A stretch of 64,000 nucleotides of DNA. Origin: a phage. Under the pieces are notes generated by a model. That model did no database searches. It was given only the letters and a program-made list of their open reading frames with translations, and was not told the origin of the DNA. The stretch lies in NCBI GenBank assembly GCA_011835815.1, contig GCA_011835815.1_3615.1; one strand, written 5' to 3'. This document shows, piece after piece, positions 8,760-17,712 of the stretch; positions within the stretch are counted from its first letter, which is position 1, and each line of letters opens with the position of its first letter. The position numbers and the translations under genes are program-made.

Positions 8760-9947
8760 CTCTTCAGGTCTGTGTGGGAAAAGCCAACCTCTCCGGCGGC
8801 GGGGAGGGGGTCAATTAAAAAATTTACGGGGTATATGAAGCGCTCTTCAGGTAAGGCATGTACTATGGGATGAGACCCTCTTCAGGCAATGATATTTGTG
8901 GGTGTGATATTTGCTGGAAAGCCAGATATGACGGGACTCCCGGCGGGGCAGGGGTAGTACAGACAGGGAAAATATGGGGATGTAGTTGGGTGAATTGATC
9001 GGGCAGGTAGAGTATGGAATATGTTACAAGTATGTTAAATATGGAGGGTGAATATCTGCAGGATTTGTGTGTAAAATCAAAGACTTAAGTAGTGTTGTGG
9101 TATTTTCTATAAATAATTCAAGTTTAATAGGTAATATTTGTCTCTATCCACTTTGTGTGGTAAACAAATTCAAATGAGATTGGTTTACAAGTGTATACAT
9201 AATATACAAATTAAAGATACAAGAAACCCCCCTCCCCCTTCGGCTACCATTCACCTTTTCCTCTGACTGGTACTTAAACACTTATTCAGACTCTTCAGGT
9301 TATCACCCATATACCATATGGCAGTGACTGGTGTCCTCCGGCCCCTCTTTCGTCACCCGTCCGCTTCGCCATGCTAATGCCATAGCTAATGGTTCGGTTG
9401 TTCACCCTGTTCACTCAGGTGTATCTCTATACCCCTTCAAACCGAAGAGAACAGAAAACCCGAATTACTCGGTAAAAGAAAAGAGAAGAACTTAATTTTA
9501 TCAGGATAGGCAAGAATGTCAAGGCATGACTGCTCACTAAACAAGCAAACAGTCATGTGTGGGAGGTAAGTGATTGTGGTGGTAGGAAATTTAGTTGAAA
9601 GATGTGTTATAGGTGCTTCCAGCACTTTAGCCTGGCAGCTAATTGTGTGTCAGTCCAGCGGTTCATCCTCTACTTCACTGAAATCAATGTTCATGGTCTC
9701 TTCCCAACCATCGATCTCAGCACAAGAGTGGAGTTCTTTAGGGTTTACTCCCAAAGCCTCAGCAACAGAGTCTATATTTAACACCCCTGGCAGGTATGAT
9801 TCATCGAATTCAAGGTAAATCAGGCCACGAGTGTTGTCAGCTCCACCAAATATCTCTATCTTCATAAAATCTCCTCTGGGAATGAAAGTGTGAACAGGGT
9901 TTTATACGTTCTAATGCACAGGAATTATACACGTTTGCCTCTTCAGG
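8760..9947. repeat. dispersed 9-mer CTCTTCAGG (5 copies)
   Basis: Exact copies near 8760, 8843, 8877, 9291 and 9939, all same orientation, all in non-coding DNA. Confidence 0.5.
9650..9865 (-). CDS. small highly acidic protein
   Basis: 71 aa, rich in D/E; most promoter-distal gene of the - strand block. Confidence 0.5.
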   Translation of the reverse strand: MKIEIFGGADNTRGLIYLEFDESYLPGVLNIDSVAEALGVNPKELHSCAEIDGWEETMNIDFSEVEDEPLD

Positions 9948-9986
9948 CCATGCTTTAGCATGAGGAACCTGTGTGGGCTCGGTGCT

Positions 9987-10199
9987 TCATAGTCTACCAC
10001 CTCTGAACTCTTCGTGCTCAGGCATAATAGAGAACCAGATATCTACGATGTCCTCCCACGTCAGGTCATCAGCCTCAGGATCTGTCTGGGACGAAGATGA
10101 AGAGTCCTCAGAATCTAAGTTTTCCTCTTTAACTGGCTCATCCAAGGGACATATGGCCACTCCTTCGGATGTCTCTTCAGATGCATGTGTGTTGATCAT
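9987..10199 (-). CDS. small highly acidic, Ser-rich protein
   Basis: 70 aa, D/E/S-rich; stop of upstream small ORF overlaps its start. Confidence 0.5.
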   Translation of the reverse strand: MINTHASEETSEGVAICPLDEPVKEENLDSEDSSSSSQTDPEADDLTWEDIVDIWFSIMPEHEEFRGGRL

Positions 10200-10297
10200 G
10201 TTCCACCCGTGAGTATTCCGGCAACAGCCGCTATGGAAGTAATGATCATCAGGATCACCACTAAAACTTCAGACAATGTTCTCATTGTGTATTCCAT
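10196..10297 (-). CDS. small hydrophobic peptide (33 aa)
   Basis: Hand-translated MEYTMRTLSEVLVVILMIITSIAAVAGILTGGT; GGAGA SD; ATGA overlap with downstream gene. Confidence 0.35.
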   Translation of the reverse strand: MEYTMRTLSEVLVVILMIITSIAAVAGILTGGT

Positions 10298-10559
10298 ATT
10301 CTCCAAACTGTGTGTGGATACTATCACGGTAGCGGTAATGTGTCAACAGCAACGCCGCGAGGGTTTGGTTAAAATCCGAGCGTATGGTGATTTGGGTCAA
10401 AACGGACGTGCGTTCTCGCTACGCTCGAAAAAGAGAGTTGTTTGTAGGAAGCTCTTAAACGCTCTGTAAGGAGATTATCTGTCCAAGGTATGCAATCGTG
10501 CACCAGATAAAGAAAAGGACGCCACAGAGCGTCCTAGGTGTCTTAAATTTGATATTTTG

Positions 10560-10871
10560 CTATACCCATGATGGCTTATCAAGGTTGGAGTAGCTGAAAG
10601 GTGTCAAAAGGTGACTGTCAAAATCTCTCAAACTATCCAGATCTTTTTCCTCGTCCTGACACCATCTGTGCCTGCATTTATTGTTGTAGTGCATAGAATG
10701 CATGGCGTTCTGCAACTTAACAGGCACAAGTGATTCCGGAGTAGATAGTATTGTTGGGTATGCCAGAACCACCTCAAACAGTGGAAACACATCGAAACTA
10801 AAATCTACCTCTGCAGAGGTTGATGGCATGTAGGAGTATTTAGCCGTCTTTGTAGACATAATCCACCTCAC
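10560..10871 (-). CDS. hypothetical protein
   Basis: 103-aa ORF, translationally coupled to upstream gene. Confidence 0.5.
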   Translation of the reverse strand: MRWIMSTKTAKYSYMPSTSAEVDFSFDVFPLFEVVLAYPTILSTPESLVPVKLQNAMHSMHYNNKCRHRWCQDEEKDLDSLRDFDSHLLTPFSYSNLDKPSWV

Positions 10872-11194
10872 ACAGGTTTGATAATACCTTCACCGAATAA
10901 CTCTTCATATCTAATCTTATCCGGATCCCACTCCTGGATAATTTCGAAGACAATATCCAACCCTGGGATAATCACTTCTCCAGTGTCAAGTTTGGCAAGA
11001 ACAAAACCAGAAGGCTGAATGGTTTCCCAGTTGCGCCGATTGGAATAGAAGACCTCGAAAATATCGCCGACCTTTATCTGTTGATCAAGATGTTCAAGAT
11101 TCTCTTTCATATAGACGCAGCGGATTTTTCGTGCAGGCCATAGACCACCTGCATCACGTTCATTTAGCTCTTTTACAGTAATCGGTATACCCAT
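10868..11194 (-). CDS. hypothetical protein
   Basis: 108-aa ORF. Confidence 0.5.
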   Translation of the reverse strand: MGIPITVKELNERDAGGLWPARKIRCVYMKENLEHLDQQIKVGDIFEVFYSNRRNWETIQPSGFVLAKLDTGEVIIPGLDIVFEIIQEWDPDKIRYEELFGEGIIKPV

Positions 11195-11212
11195 CTCAAA
11201 TCTCCTTCATAG

Positions 11213-11244
11213 ATAGTAAAAAGAGGGGCCCAAGCCCCCCTCTT
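11213..11244 (-). terminator. rho-independent terminator (- strand)
   Basis: AAAGAGGGGCC-CAAG-CCCCCCTCTTT hairpin just downstream of the 11250-11555 gene. Confidence 0.55.
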
Positions 11245-11249
11245 TGTCA

Positions 11250-11555
11250 TTATTCTACAGAGCGTTTGAACAGAATGTCTGCCTCGGACATGTGCTCAAC
11301 CTCTTCTTCGATTTTAGCTCGACGTTTTTCAGCCTCATATCGAATATCGAACTCGGTAGCCACCAGAGATTTGATGAATTTAGGAGAATACAGATGATCC
11401 TGCTTCTCAACAAGAATGATATCCTTGATGGCATCTTTCAGATCTTTAATCTGAAGTTGGAGTTCCACCAGTTCTTCGATTGTTTTGCGAAGGCGATCAC
11501 GCTCTGCAGTGTCAGAAGGAAGAGAGGTGAACAGTTCAACTTTAGATTTAGCCAT
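11250..11555 (-). CDS. hypothetical coiled-coil protein
   Basis: 101 aa, charged heptad-like sequence. Confidence 0.5.
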   Translation of the reverse strand: MAKSKVELFTSLPSDTAERDRLRKTIEELVELQLQIKDLKDAIKDIILVEKQDHLYSPKFIKSLVATEFDIRYEAEKRRAKIEEEVEHMSEADILFKRSVE

Positions 11556-11583
11556 AGTAAGAGTCTCCTTATGTTGTTTTAAA

Positions 11584-11835
11584 TTAACGTTCTACAAAAA
11601 TACCGTTCAGTTCAATAACCAGGAATTTCTGGTCTTCACTATCGTCTCGTGCCAGCACCTCACAGACGTATCGGTCATCCCCATCATCATCGCAGTCAAA
11701 TACAAGACTGAGGACTTTATCATGATAAACCTTCGCCACTACCGCCTCGTAAATATTGCCGATTGTGAATCCAAGATAATCTCCGATGCATTTGACAACA
11801 ACATGGTCGCCAGCATTCAAGTCAATCTTCGTCAT
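11584..11835 (-). CDS. hypothetical protein
   Basis: Start moved to in-frame ATG at 11835 with AAGGAG SD (track start 11901); acidic DDDGDD stretch. Confidence 0.5.
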   Translation of the reverse strand: MTKIDLNAGDHVVVKCIGDYLGFTIGNIYEAVVAKVYHDKVLSLVFDCDDDGDDRYVCEVLARDDSEDQKFLVIELNGIFVER

Positions 11836-11990
11836 TACTGCGCTCCTTGGGTAATAATACTGTATGTAAAACTTTAACCAGAGATGTGAATAACGCCCCA
11901 AAACACACCGATAGCGCTAAAACAGACAAGGCCATCATTAAAGCTTCAGTAAAATCTGTCATTCCTCACCTCTTGTTAGTCACTATACTA

Positions 11991-12254
11991 TCATTTATCC
12001 TTACCGTCAAGAACTTTTTTAAATCTTTCAGGGATATCTCCCGTTCTTAGATAGTTCATGACCTCACAAGGTTCCCACTTGAATTTCTTACAAAGCAGGG
12101 CGGCTGATATTGTCTCATTGCGAAAAGAAAGGATATTAATATCCCATTCTGAGAACCCCAACTTCCGAAGGGTAGCTACAGAAATCCTCACCGCAACCCA
12201 GCAGCAAAAACATGCAACAAACGCCACTGCTATAACCCACATCAGGATGTTCAT
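11991..12254 (-). CDS. small membrane-anchored protein
   Basis: 87 aa with N-terminal hydrophobic helix. Confidence 0.45.
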   Translation of the reverse strand: MNILMWVIAVAFVACFCCWVAVRISVATLRKLGFSEWDINILSFRNETISAALLCKKFKWEPCEVMNYLRTGDIPERFKKVLDGKDK

Positions 12255-12343
12255 ACAAGCACCTCACTGAAATACAAGACACAGTGTTAAGGTTACTGAC
12301 CAGCAAATAATTAACAGTGCCGTTGCAACCTTGGCAAGATTTA

Positions 12344-12631
12344 TCATAGTGCCTCTAAGATTTCATATCCTTCGGGTCGGAATACAAGCCACTCCGTGGC
12401 TCCGTTTGGTCGATACGCTTTATACAGAACAACCTGATCTCGGCACATGCACATAGCTACATAGTTTTCATCCACACCTGCAGCCTGCATTGCAGCTTCT
12501 TCTCCGGCAACTGCTTTGCTTACAACCTCCTTGGTAGGCAGGTGTGCGATCAGCTCGTCACCATCATTAATTCCAAAATGGCTGAGCTCTCCATTGGTAT
12601 CTTTAATCTTAATCTTAACCAGATCTTTCAT
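12344..12631 (-). CDS. hypothetical protein (paralog array)
   Basis: 95-aa ORF; stop/start overlap with neighbour. Confidence 0.5.
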   Translation of the reverse strand: MKDLVKIKIKDTNGELSHFGINDGDELIAHLPTKEVVSKAVAGEEAAMQAAGVDENYVAMCMCRDQVVLYKAYRPNGATEWLVFRPEGYEILEAL

Positions 12632-12960
12632 TAGTCTTCCTCCAGGTTCAAAGGCCCTAAGATTTCATATGCCAGATTAGAAGTTACCAGAGGGTCTTCT
12701 GCATCTTTAGTATTATACCACCCGTGAATAACCAGAGTCCCACTCTGTTTCATATCTAACTGGAACTGTTCTGCAGTTTCCTCATCCATCTCTAAGATCT
12801 CCATAAGGTACTTGATGTTAGGAAGGTATGCAGCTGTTACAGTTCCCTCTACCAGACCTTCGGGCCAACCTACATCCGGATGACAAGTAGGAACCAGGTT
12901 GGTCAGCTTAATGGTGTACGCTTTTTCTGCACGAGCCTTCAGTAACGGGTCAATCTTCAT
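12631..12960 (-). CDS. hypothetical protein (paralog array)
   Basis: 109-aa acidic ORF, coupled. Confidence 0.5.
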   Translation of the reverse strand: MKIDPLLKARAEKAYTIKLTNLVPTCHPDVGWPEGLVEGTVTAAYLPNIKYLMEILEMDEETAEQFQLDMKQSGTLVIHGWYNTKDAEDPLVTSNLAYEILGPLNLEED

Positions 12961-13310
12961 TATTCGTCCTCCTCTTCGGTGCCTGCTTCCAGTAATAAGT
13001 TAAGAATATCTTCTGCACAAGGCTCATAGAACTCTTGGCCTTCATTATCGATGATTTTGTAGTCATCTCCACGAATAATCAGAGGATCACTCTCAAAATT
13101 ATCGAGACCTTTAACAACGACAACACGATCGATTGCCATCATTGTAAGAACTTTATCGACATCTTCCTCTGCTACACCATACTGCAGCAGAATGTCTTTG
13201 GTAGGAGGAACAGCATCCACCACAACGCCGTTACCAAAACCTTCTGGAAGTTTAGCTAAAATATCTTCCGGAACCACATTCACATCAAAACCGGTAATTT
13301 CTACTTTCAT
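12960..13310 (-). CDS. hypothetical protein (paralog array, VVVVKGLD motif)
   Basis: 116 aa; starts MKVEITG like other array members; acidic C-terminus. Confidence 0.5.
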   Translation of the reverse strand: MKVEITGFDVNVVPEDILAKLPEGFGNGVVVDAVPPTKDILLQYGVAEEDVDKVLTMMAIDRVVVVKGLDNFESDPLIIRGDDYKIIDNEGQEFYEPCAEDILNLLLEAGTEEEDE

Positions 13311-13571
13311 TTACAGCACCTCTTCGTCAACTACTTCATAAAAATGGCCTGGGATTGCAATAGCGTTCTCACCTTCACCTACAAACACAGTTCCGTCAAG
13401 AATCAACATCATAAGAATTTCTGTAATATCCTCTTCCGGAACGTTGCCAAAACCTTTAATCAGCTCGTAGGTTGGAATATTTACCTCTAAGATGTCACCA
13501 TCTTTAGAACGGAAATCAACACCGTCCTGAATCTCTGCCGTTTCAAGGTTTTTCAATTTAATCTTCATCAA
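13311..13571 (-). CDS. hypothetical protein (paralog array)
   Basis: 86 aa; MKIKL start as in 14735-15004. Confidence 0.5.
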   Translation of the reverse strand: MMKIKLKNLETAEIQDGVDFRSKDGDILEVNIPTYELIKGFGNVPEEDITEILMMLILDGTVFVGEGENAIAIPGHFYEVVDEEVL

Positions 13572-13647
13572 TCGGTCCCCTGTCTTATTAAGATGAAGGT
13601 ATTATTTCACACAGGGTTGGCGTTGTCAACACCTGTGTGCAAGAAAA

Positions 13648-14043
13648 TTACTGAAACAGTGCGGATAAATTACCTTCTGGTGGGAACTTATCTGCCAAAA
13701 ACGGTGTTAGCACAGTAGCCTTCTGAAGATCTGGGGTCCACTCGTTGTTCAGAACATCCCAGTAGTACGCAATGTTGCTGTGTGGGTGCCGCATTACGAA
13801 CTTTTTCCCTTCGTAGTCATCTGAAACCTCTACAGAAGAAATAACAACAGAATCTTCAAGGGTTTCTTCATAGAAAGATCCACCTTCAAATTTCCAACGA
13901 GATGCAAGAGCCCCTGCCTTGAACGCTGCAGATAACGGACTGTCGGCAAGAACATACATTTCTTGCACTCTGTCGCTGCGATCTTTGCTTCTTACGTTGT
14001 ATACAGTATCTGAGCTATACTCAACACGGTATAGGCTTACCAT
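13648..14043 (-). CDS. hypothetical protein, paralog family B
   Basis: 131 aa; shares HPxS..YW.....WTP....T.L block with 15855-16253. Confidence 0.55.
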   Translation of the reverse strand: MVSLYRVEYSSDTVYNVRSKDRSDRVQEMYVLADSPLSAAFKAGALASRWKFEGGSFYEETLEDSVVISSVEVSDDYEGKKFVMRHPHSNIAYYWDVLNNEWTPDLQKATVLTPFLADKFPPEGNLSALFQ

Positions 14044-14402
14044 TACCGCACCTCCTCAATAACTTCCACATCTGAACCTACCACAAATGCAAAAGGACAG
14101 GTTTCATGAAAGATATCCGGATCGCCGCCAAGCTTGCTAACAATTTCTCCACCACTAATAAACACAAGCTCACCGATATTCATCAGATTGCTGAAATAGT
14201 ACCCATAATGATTAAAGAATGCAGCAGGGTCAGGTAGACTAGTAGCCTCAAGCACTACATCGGTTGAGGTTACTTTCTTATCATAACCTCTCGCCTTTTG
14301 AGATGCAAGATCTGCAGAATCCTCAGGCGACCGGAGATGCACAGGAATTGTTTCACCAATAAAGCGTACTTTCATATTATCACCCAACAACCATAGCTTC
14401 AA
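14043..14402 (-). CDS. hypothetical protein (paralog array)
   Basis: 119 aa; hydrophobic strand plus glycine motif LVFISGGEIV. Confidence 0.5.
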   Translation of the reverse strand: MKLWLLGDNMKVRFIGETIPVHLRSPEDSADLASQKARGYDKKVTSTDVVLEATSLPDPAAFFNHYGYYFSNLMNIGELVFISGGEIVSKLGGDPDIFHETCPFAFVVGSDVEVIEEVR

Positions 14403-14643
14403 AAGGAGTCATGAACGAATAAACGGCATCATCATCTGCTTCAGGGAATGCTCCCAAAGACTTCATATCTGAGCCCTTGACAAATACAAGGTTTTGATCA
14501 AAGGCTTCTTGGGGGTCAATCCGATACATATTTCGTAAAATATCGCTTACCTCCTCATCAAGAGGTGAGTATGCTGTGCACGTTTTTCCGATCAAGCTTT
14601 GAGAATCAGGGTATCCACCTGAAGTTTTAAAATAAACAATCAT
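14380..14643 (-). CDS. hypothetical protein, paralog family A
   Basis: 87 aa; NLVFVKGSDMKSLGA motif shared with 16266, 16510 and 20064 genes. Confidence 0.5.
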   Translation of the reverse strand: MIVYFKTSGGYPDSQSLIGKTCTAYSPLDEEVSDILRNMYRIDPQEAFDQNLVFVKGSDMKSLGAFPEADDDAVYSFMTPFEAMVVG

Positions 14644-14734
14644 ATAGTATCACCTCTGGTAAGAGATTGGGACTCCTTTCCCACAAATAATTACAAATCT
14701 TCCTTAGCGAGGAAGTATGCTAATCCAAGCAGGA

Positions 14735-15004
14735 TTATTCCTCTACAATCTCATACACATCAGGAGTTACAATCAACTCTTCTCCGTTACCCGGTGCAAC
14801 AAACACCACCAAACCTTCAGGTGTGTGCTTTTTAGCCATCTCGATAACATCTTCTCGCAGAGCTGGCTCCATCAGATCAAAACCTTCACCTAGGGCATCA
14901 CGAACCACCTTCATATAGTCCACTGGTTGTGCTTCAACAATCATGCCTTCAACCAGTCCACAATTTTTGTCTGCCAGCTCAGTTTGGAATAATTTAATTT
15001 TCAT
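14735..15004 (-). CDS. hypothetical protein (paralog array)
   Basis: 89 aa; MKIKLFQTELAD start similar to 13311-13571. Confidence 0.5.
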   Translation of the reverse strand: MKIKLFQTELADKNCGLVEGMIVEAQPVDYMKVVRDALGEGFDLMEPALREDVIEMAKKHTPEGLVVFVAPGNGEELIVTPDVYEIVEE

Positions 15005-15141
15005 TTAGAGGTCTCCTCAATTATTTGATATTAATAGCCGTAACCTAACACATTAACTACAACTGCGATTGCAAACATAATTTCAAAGCATGCAATCTCT
15101 ACATTTGGGACTAATTTCTTAATCACACCCATTGTAGCGCC

Positions 15142-15462
15142 TCATTCTCCAAAGTCAATCTTTACTTTGCCTTTCCCCTTACCTTTCTTTCCACCACATT
15201 TAGCCAGCTGACGTGCTGCAACATCTACCATACGGTCAGTTGCCTCGTAAGCATCACTGCCTTTAGCCTTGGCAATAACTTCTTTTCCAGAATTGTCAAA
15301 AATGAACGCCATAACTTCCTGGTGATCATTTTCAACTTTTACACTCACACGTGCATAGTTAACAGAGGGATGTAAACGCTCCAGCTTGGACATTTTGCGG
15401 GAAATAAAAGATACCATACCTTCTGTGATTTCTACATTGTTGCCAGTGATTTCAATTTGCAT
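15142..15462 (-). CDS. hpf: ribosome hibernation promoting factor (HPF/RaiA family) homolog
   Basis: 106 aa; MQIEITGNNVEITEGM...RVSVKVE...AKAKGSDAYEATDRMVDVAARQL lines up along its length with E. coli HPF as I recall it (MQLNITGNNVEITEALREF...YVVLKVEK...AEGQDMYAAIDGLIDKLARQL); extra Gly/Lys-rich C-terminal tail. Confidence 0.8.
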   Translation of the reverse strand: MQIEITGNNVEITEGMVSFISRKMSKLERLHPSVNYARVSVKVENDHQEVMAFIFDNSGKEVIAKAKGSDAYEATDRMVDVAARQLAKCGGKKGKGKGKVKIDFGE

Positions 15463-15546
15463 AACGTGTTCCTTTTAAGGAAGAGGGAATAACTATCTCT
15501 CTTTGAAAACAATGATACTAAATCTGAAGCGTTGTGTCAACAGTTT

Positions 15547-15837
15547 TTACAGCTTGTTGTCGATAGTTTTTAAAATATCCACAGCAAGATCTGCCATTTT
15601 TCGAACATACTCTGCAAACTCAACAGGATCCTTGATCAAAGAATTCACAGGGTCGTACCCTAGAGCGTTTAAAATGGCTGCAGCATCTACAACCTTCTCA
15701 TCATTTGCGAAGATCTCTCCGTCAAACTTGTAGGTCCATTTTGAGTCAACCTTAGCAGAGCAGGGTTTGTCCATGCTTGTTACACCATCGTCTTTAAACT
15801 CTCCTGCGTTATCAATATTTAGAATTAAATCCATCAT
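15547..15837 (-). CDS. hypothetical protein
   Basis: 96-aa acidic ORF. Confidence 0.5.
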   Translation of the reverse strand: MMDLILNIDNAGEFKDDGVTSMDKPCSAKVDSKWTYKFDGEIFANDEKVVDAAAILNALGYDPVNSLIKDPVEFAEYVRKMADLAVDILKTIDNKL

Positions 15838-15854
15838 GGTGACACCTCACTGTT

Positions 15855-16253
15855 TCAGTTTAGCTTTTCTTCAACAACCCCATAACTTGGGGCAGAGTCA
15901 AGAGCTTTCTGGTTTAAAAGTGGCGTAGCAGAATCTGCAAACGGTGTCCAAGTTTTTGTTCTGGCATTCCAGTAATGCTTCACTCTGGAATCTGGATGCA
16001 CTATAACAAAAACTTTTTCACTTGTCAACACATTAATTTCTTCTACACCCTTGCTGATAATTTCTCCGTCATAGCCCCCAGTCTGGTATCCTTCGTACCA
16101 GGTTCTTGCATAGGCATAGCCAGCCTGCCAGCATGCAGCCTCCTCCGAGGTGGAGACTACGTAGAAGTCTTTCTCAAATTCTGGAATACGCCCTTGCTTT
16201 ACGCTCCAAGCCCCGCGAATTTTCATTGTAACTTTAAACAGTTTATTTTTCAC
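15855..16253 (-). CDS. hypothetical protein, paralog family B
   Basis: 132 aa; paralog of 13648-14043. Confidence 0.55.
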   Translation of the reverse strand: MKNKLFKVTMKIRGAWSVKQGRIPEFEKDFYVVSTSEEAACWQAGYAYARTWYEGYQTGGYDGEIISKGVEEINVLTSEKVFVIVHPDSRVKHYWNARTKTWTPFADSATPLLNQKALDSAPSYGVVEEKLN

Positions 16254-16265
16254 AACGGTTACCCA

Positions 16266-16520
16266 TCACAGCTCTACAATATCTGCATCTGACCCTACCC
16301 CAAAGGCATAGTAGGACTCTTCCCCGAAATAATATTCAGGTGCACCAGCGGTGATCAGGTCTGATCCCAAGATAAACACCACGTTGTGGCCTACATAACT
16401 GTGATGTTGCCGCACAGGATCATCCCACGGCAACCCTTCAAAGTATACCGCAGGAACGACCTTTCCATTCAGGAAGGATTGTCCCAAGTAGACGTTAGAA
16501 TCAAGAATTTTAACCTTCAT
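16266..16520 (-). CDS. hypothetical protein, paralog family A
   Basis: 84 aa; MKVKILDS start and VVFILGSDLITAGA motif. Confidence 0.55.
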   Translation of the reverse strand: MKVKILDSNVYLGQSFLNGKVVPAVYFEGLPWDDPVRQHHSYVGHNVVFILGSDLITAGAPEYYFGEESYYAFGVGSDADIVEL

Positions 16521-16737
16521 GATCGTCCTCCACTACCTCTACATCCTCACCTAGGGCAAAGTTATAGGTCCACTGACTGTCAAAGCATTCCTGAGATGCA
16601 CCAGCGGCAATAAGATCTGCTCCTTTTATTTTTAAAAGGTCAGGGTAATCTTCGTTAGGGACAGCAGTAAACACTTTTCCTACTAAAGGCTCCTGACCAA
16701 TATAGAAGCTTGAATCTAAAACTTTAACTTTCATCAA
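16510..16737 (-). CDS. hypothetical protein, paralog family A
   Basis: 75 aa; MKVKVLDS start and KIKGADLIAAGA motif; tandem with 16266-16520. Confidence 0.55.
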   Translation of the reverse strand: MMKVKVLDSSFYIGQEPLVGKVFTAVPNEDYPDLLKIKGADLIAAGASQECFDSQWTYNFALGEDVEVVEDDHEG

Positions 16738-17021
16738 CGGTCTCCATCAGGTGGTTGTGGGACGTAAACACTGTTACGAATATCGTCAGCAGTGTAGTAA
16801 TAAGTGGTTCCAACCCTGTCTCGGGCTGCAATGTACTCTGCTATACCAATAAGTGCCATTGATTTGGTGGCGTATCTTCCCAACTCGTTAGCTCCCCAGT
16901 AGAATTTAGACCAGTAGGGAATAAGACCGAACAAATATACCTTTTGACGAACTTCCCAGTAAGTGCCTTTTCCGACAAGTTTAAACTCTACTTCACTACT
17001 GTTAATCTTTTTCATTATCAA
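16734..17021 (-). CDS. hypothetical protein
   Basis: 95-aa ORF, coupled. Confidence 0.5.
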   Translation of the reverse strand: MIMKKINSSEVEFKLVGKGTYWEVRQKVYLFGLIPYWSKFYWGANELGRYATKSMALIGIAEYIAARDRVGTTYYYTADDIRNSVYVPQPPDGDR

Positions 17022-17314
17022 TCTCCCTCTACCGTGGTCGGATTGTCAGTAAGAAATTGAGCATTGGCTGGAGGCACGCCTGACATTTTCCACACAACCA
17101 TAAGTTTGTAACCAGGCACTCTATTAAGTGCAGATCGAGTAGAGTTTGTGCACGTATACTTTCGCTTTCCAAACCCGTTCTCCATCATAATCCAGTACCC
17201 AGTATCTTTGTCACCAGGTATCGGTAGACCACCTTCATCAACCCACTGAATGGACCACGGCACGATGGCTACAGCTTTATATTTAAACTTTTTAAACCAC
17301 TCAAAAAGTTTCAT
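17018..17314 (-). CDS. hypothetical protein
   Basis: 98-aa ORF, coupled. Confidence 0.5.
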   Translation of the reverse strand: MKLFEWFKKFKYKAVAIVPWSIQWVDEGGLPIPGDKDTGYWIMMENGFGKRKYTCTNSTRSALNRVPGYKLMVVWKMSGVPPANAQFLTDNPTTVEGD

Positions 17315-17499
17315 AATTCAGCCTCGCTTGGCAACTCTTCTACCTTAACATGCCGAAAAGTGTTACCGTAATGGTTGATCCATGACATCAGCTCGCTTTC
17401 TTGCTCTTCCTCTGGGATGAACTCTCGAATGCTGACAAGTTTTAAGAAAACCCAATCACAATCTGCACCCATTCTACCAGACAGGCAATAGTGCTTCAT
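17311..17499 (-). CDS. hypothetical protein
   Basis: 62-aa ORF, coupled. Confidence 0.45.
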   Translation of the reverse strand: MKHYCLSGRMGADCDWVFLKLVSIREFIPEEEQESELMSWINHYGNTFRHVKVEELPSEAEL

Positions 17500-17517
17500 A
17501 AAACCCTCCTGCCTGGT

Positions 17518-17712
17518 TTAGAATATTGCTTCTTCCATTGCGCCTGAGAGCAACAAAGAGGTGATCTGGCTAACATTCATCTCAGACTCTACTTCCTCCC
17601 CTTTGAAAGGTTCGCGGCAGAATAGGACTGTTTCAGGACTTTTACTTCGAACAATATAATACAAATCATTCAATGTGTTGTAGTAATAAGTGTTAAAACG
17701 TAAGTTTTTCAT
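17518..17712 (-). CDS. hypothetical protein
   Basis: 64-aa ORF. Confidence 0.45.
   Translation of the reverse strand: MKNLRFNTYYYNTLNDLYYIVRSKSPETVLFCREPFKGEEVESEMNVSQITSLLLSGAMEEAIF

Noticed and set aside
8614-8838. 74-aa plus-strand ORF (TTG start) in the gene desert
   Set aside because: No ribosome-binding site, Arg/Gly-rich composition, and it overlaps two copies of the CTCTTCAGG motif.
9437-9625. 62-aa minus-strand ORF in the gene desert
   Set aside because: No SD sequence and low-complexity composition; isolated from the coupled gene array.
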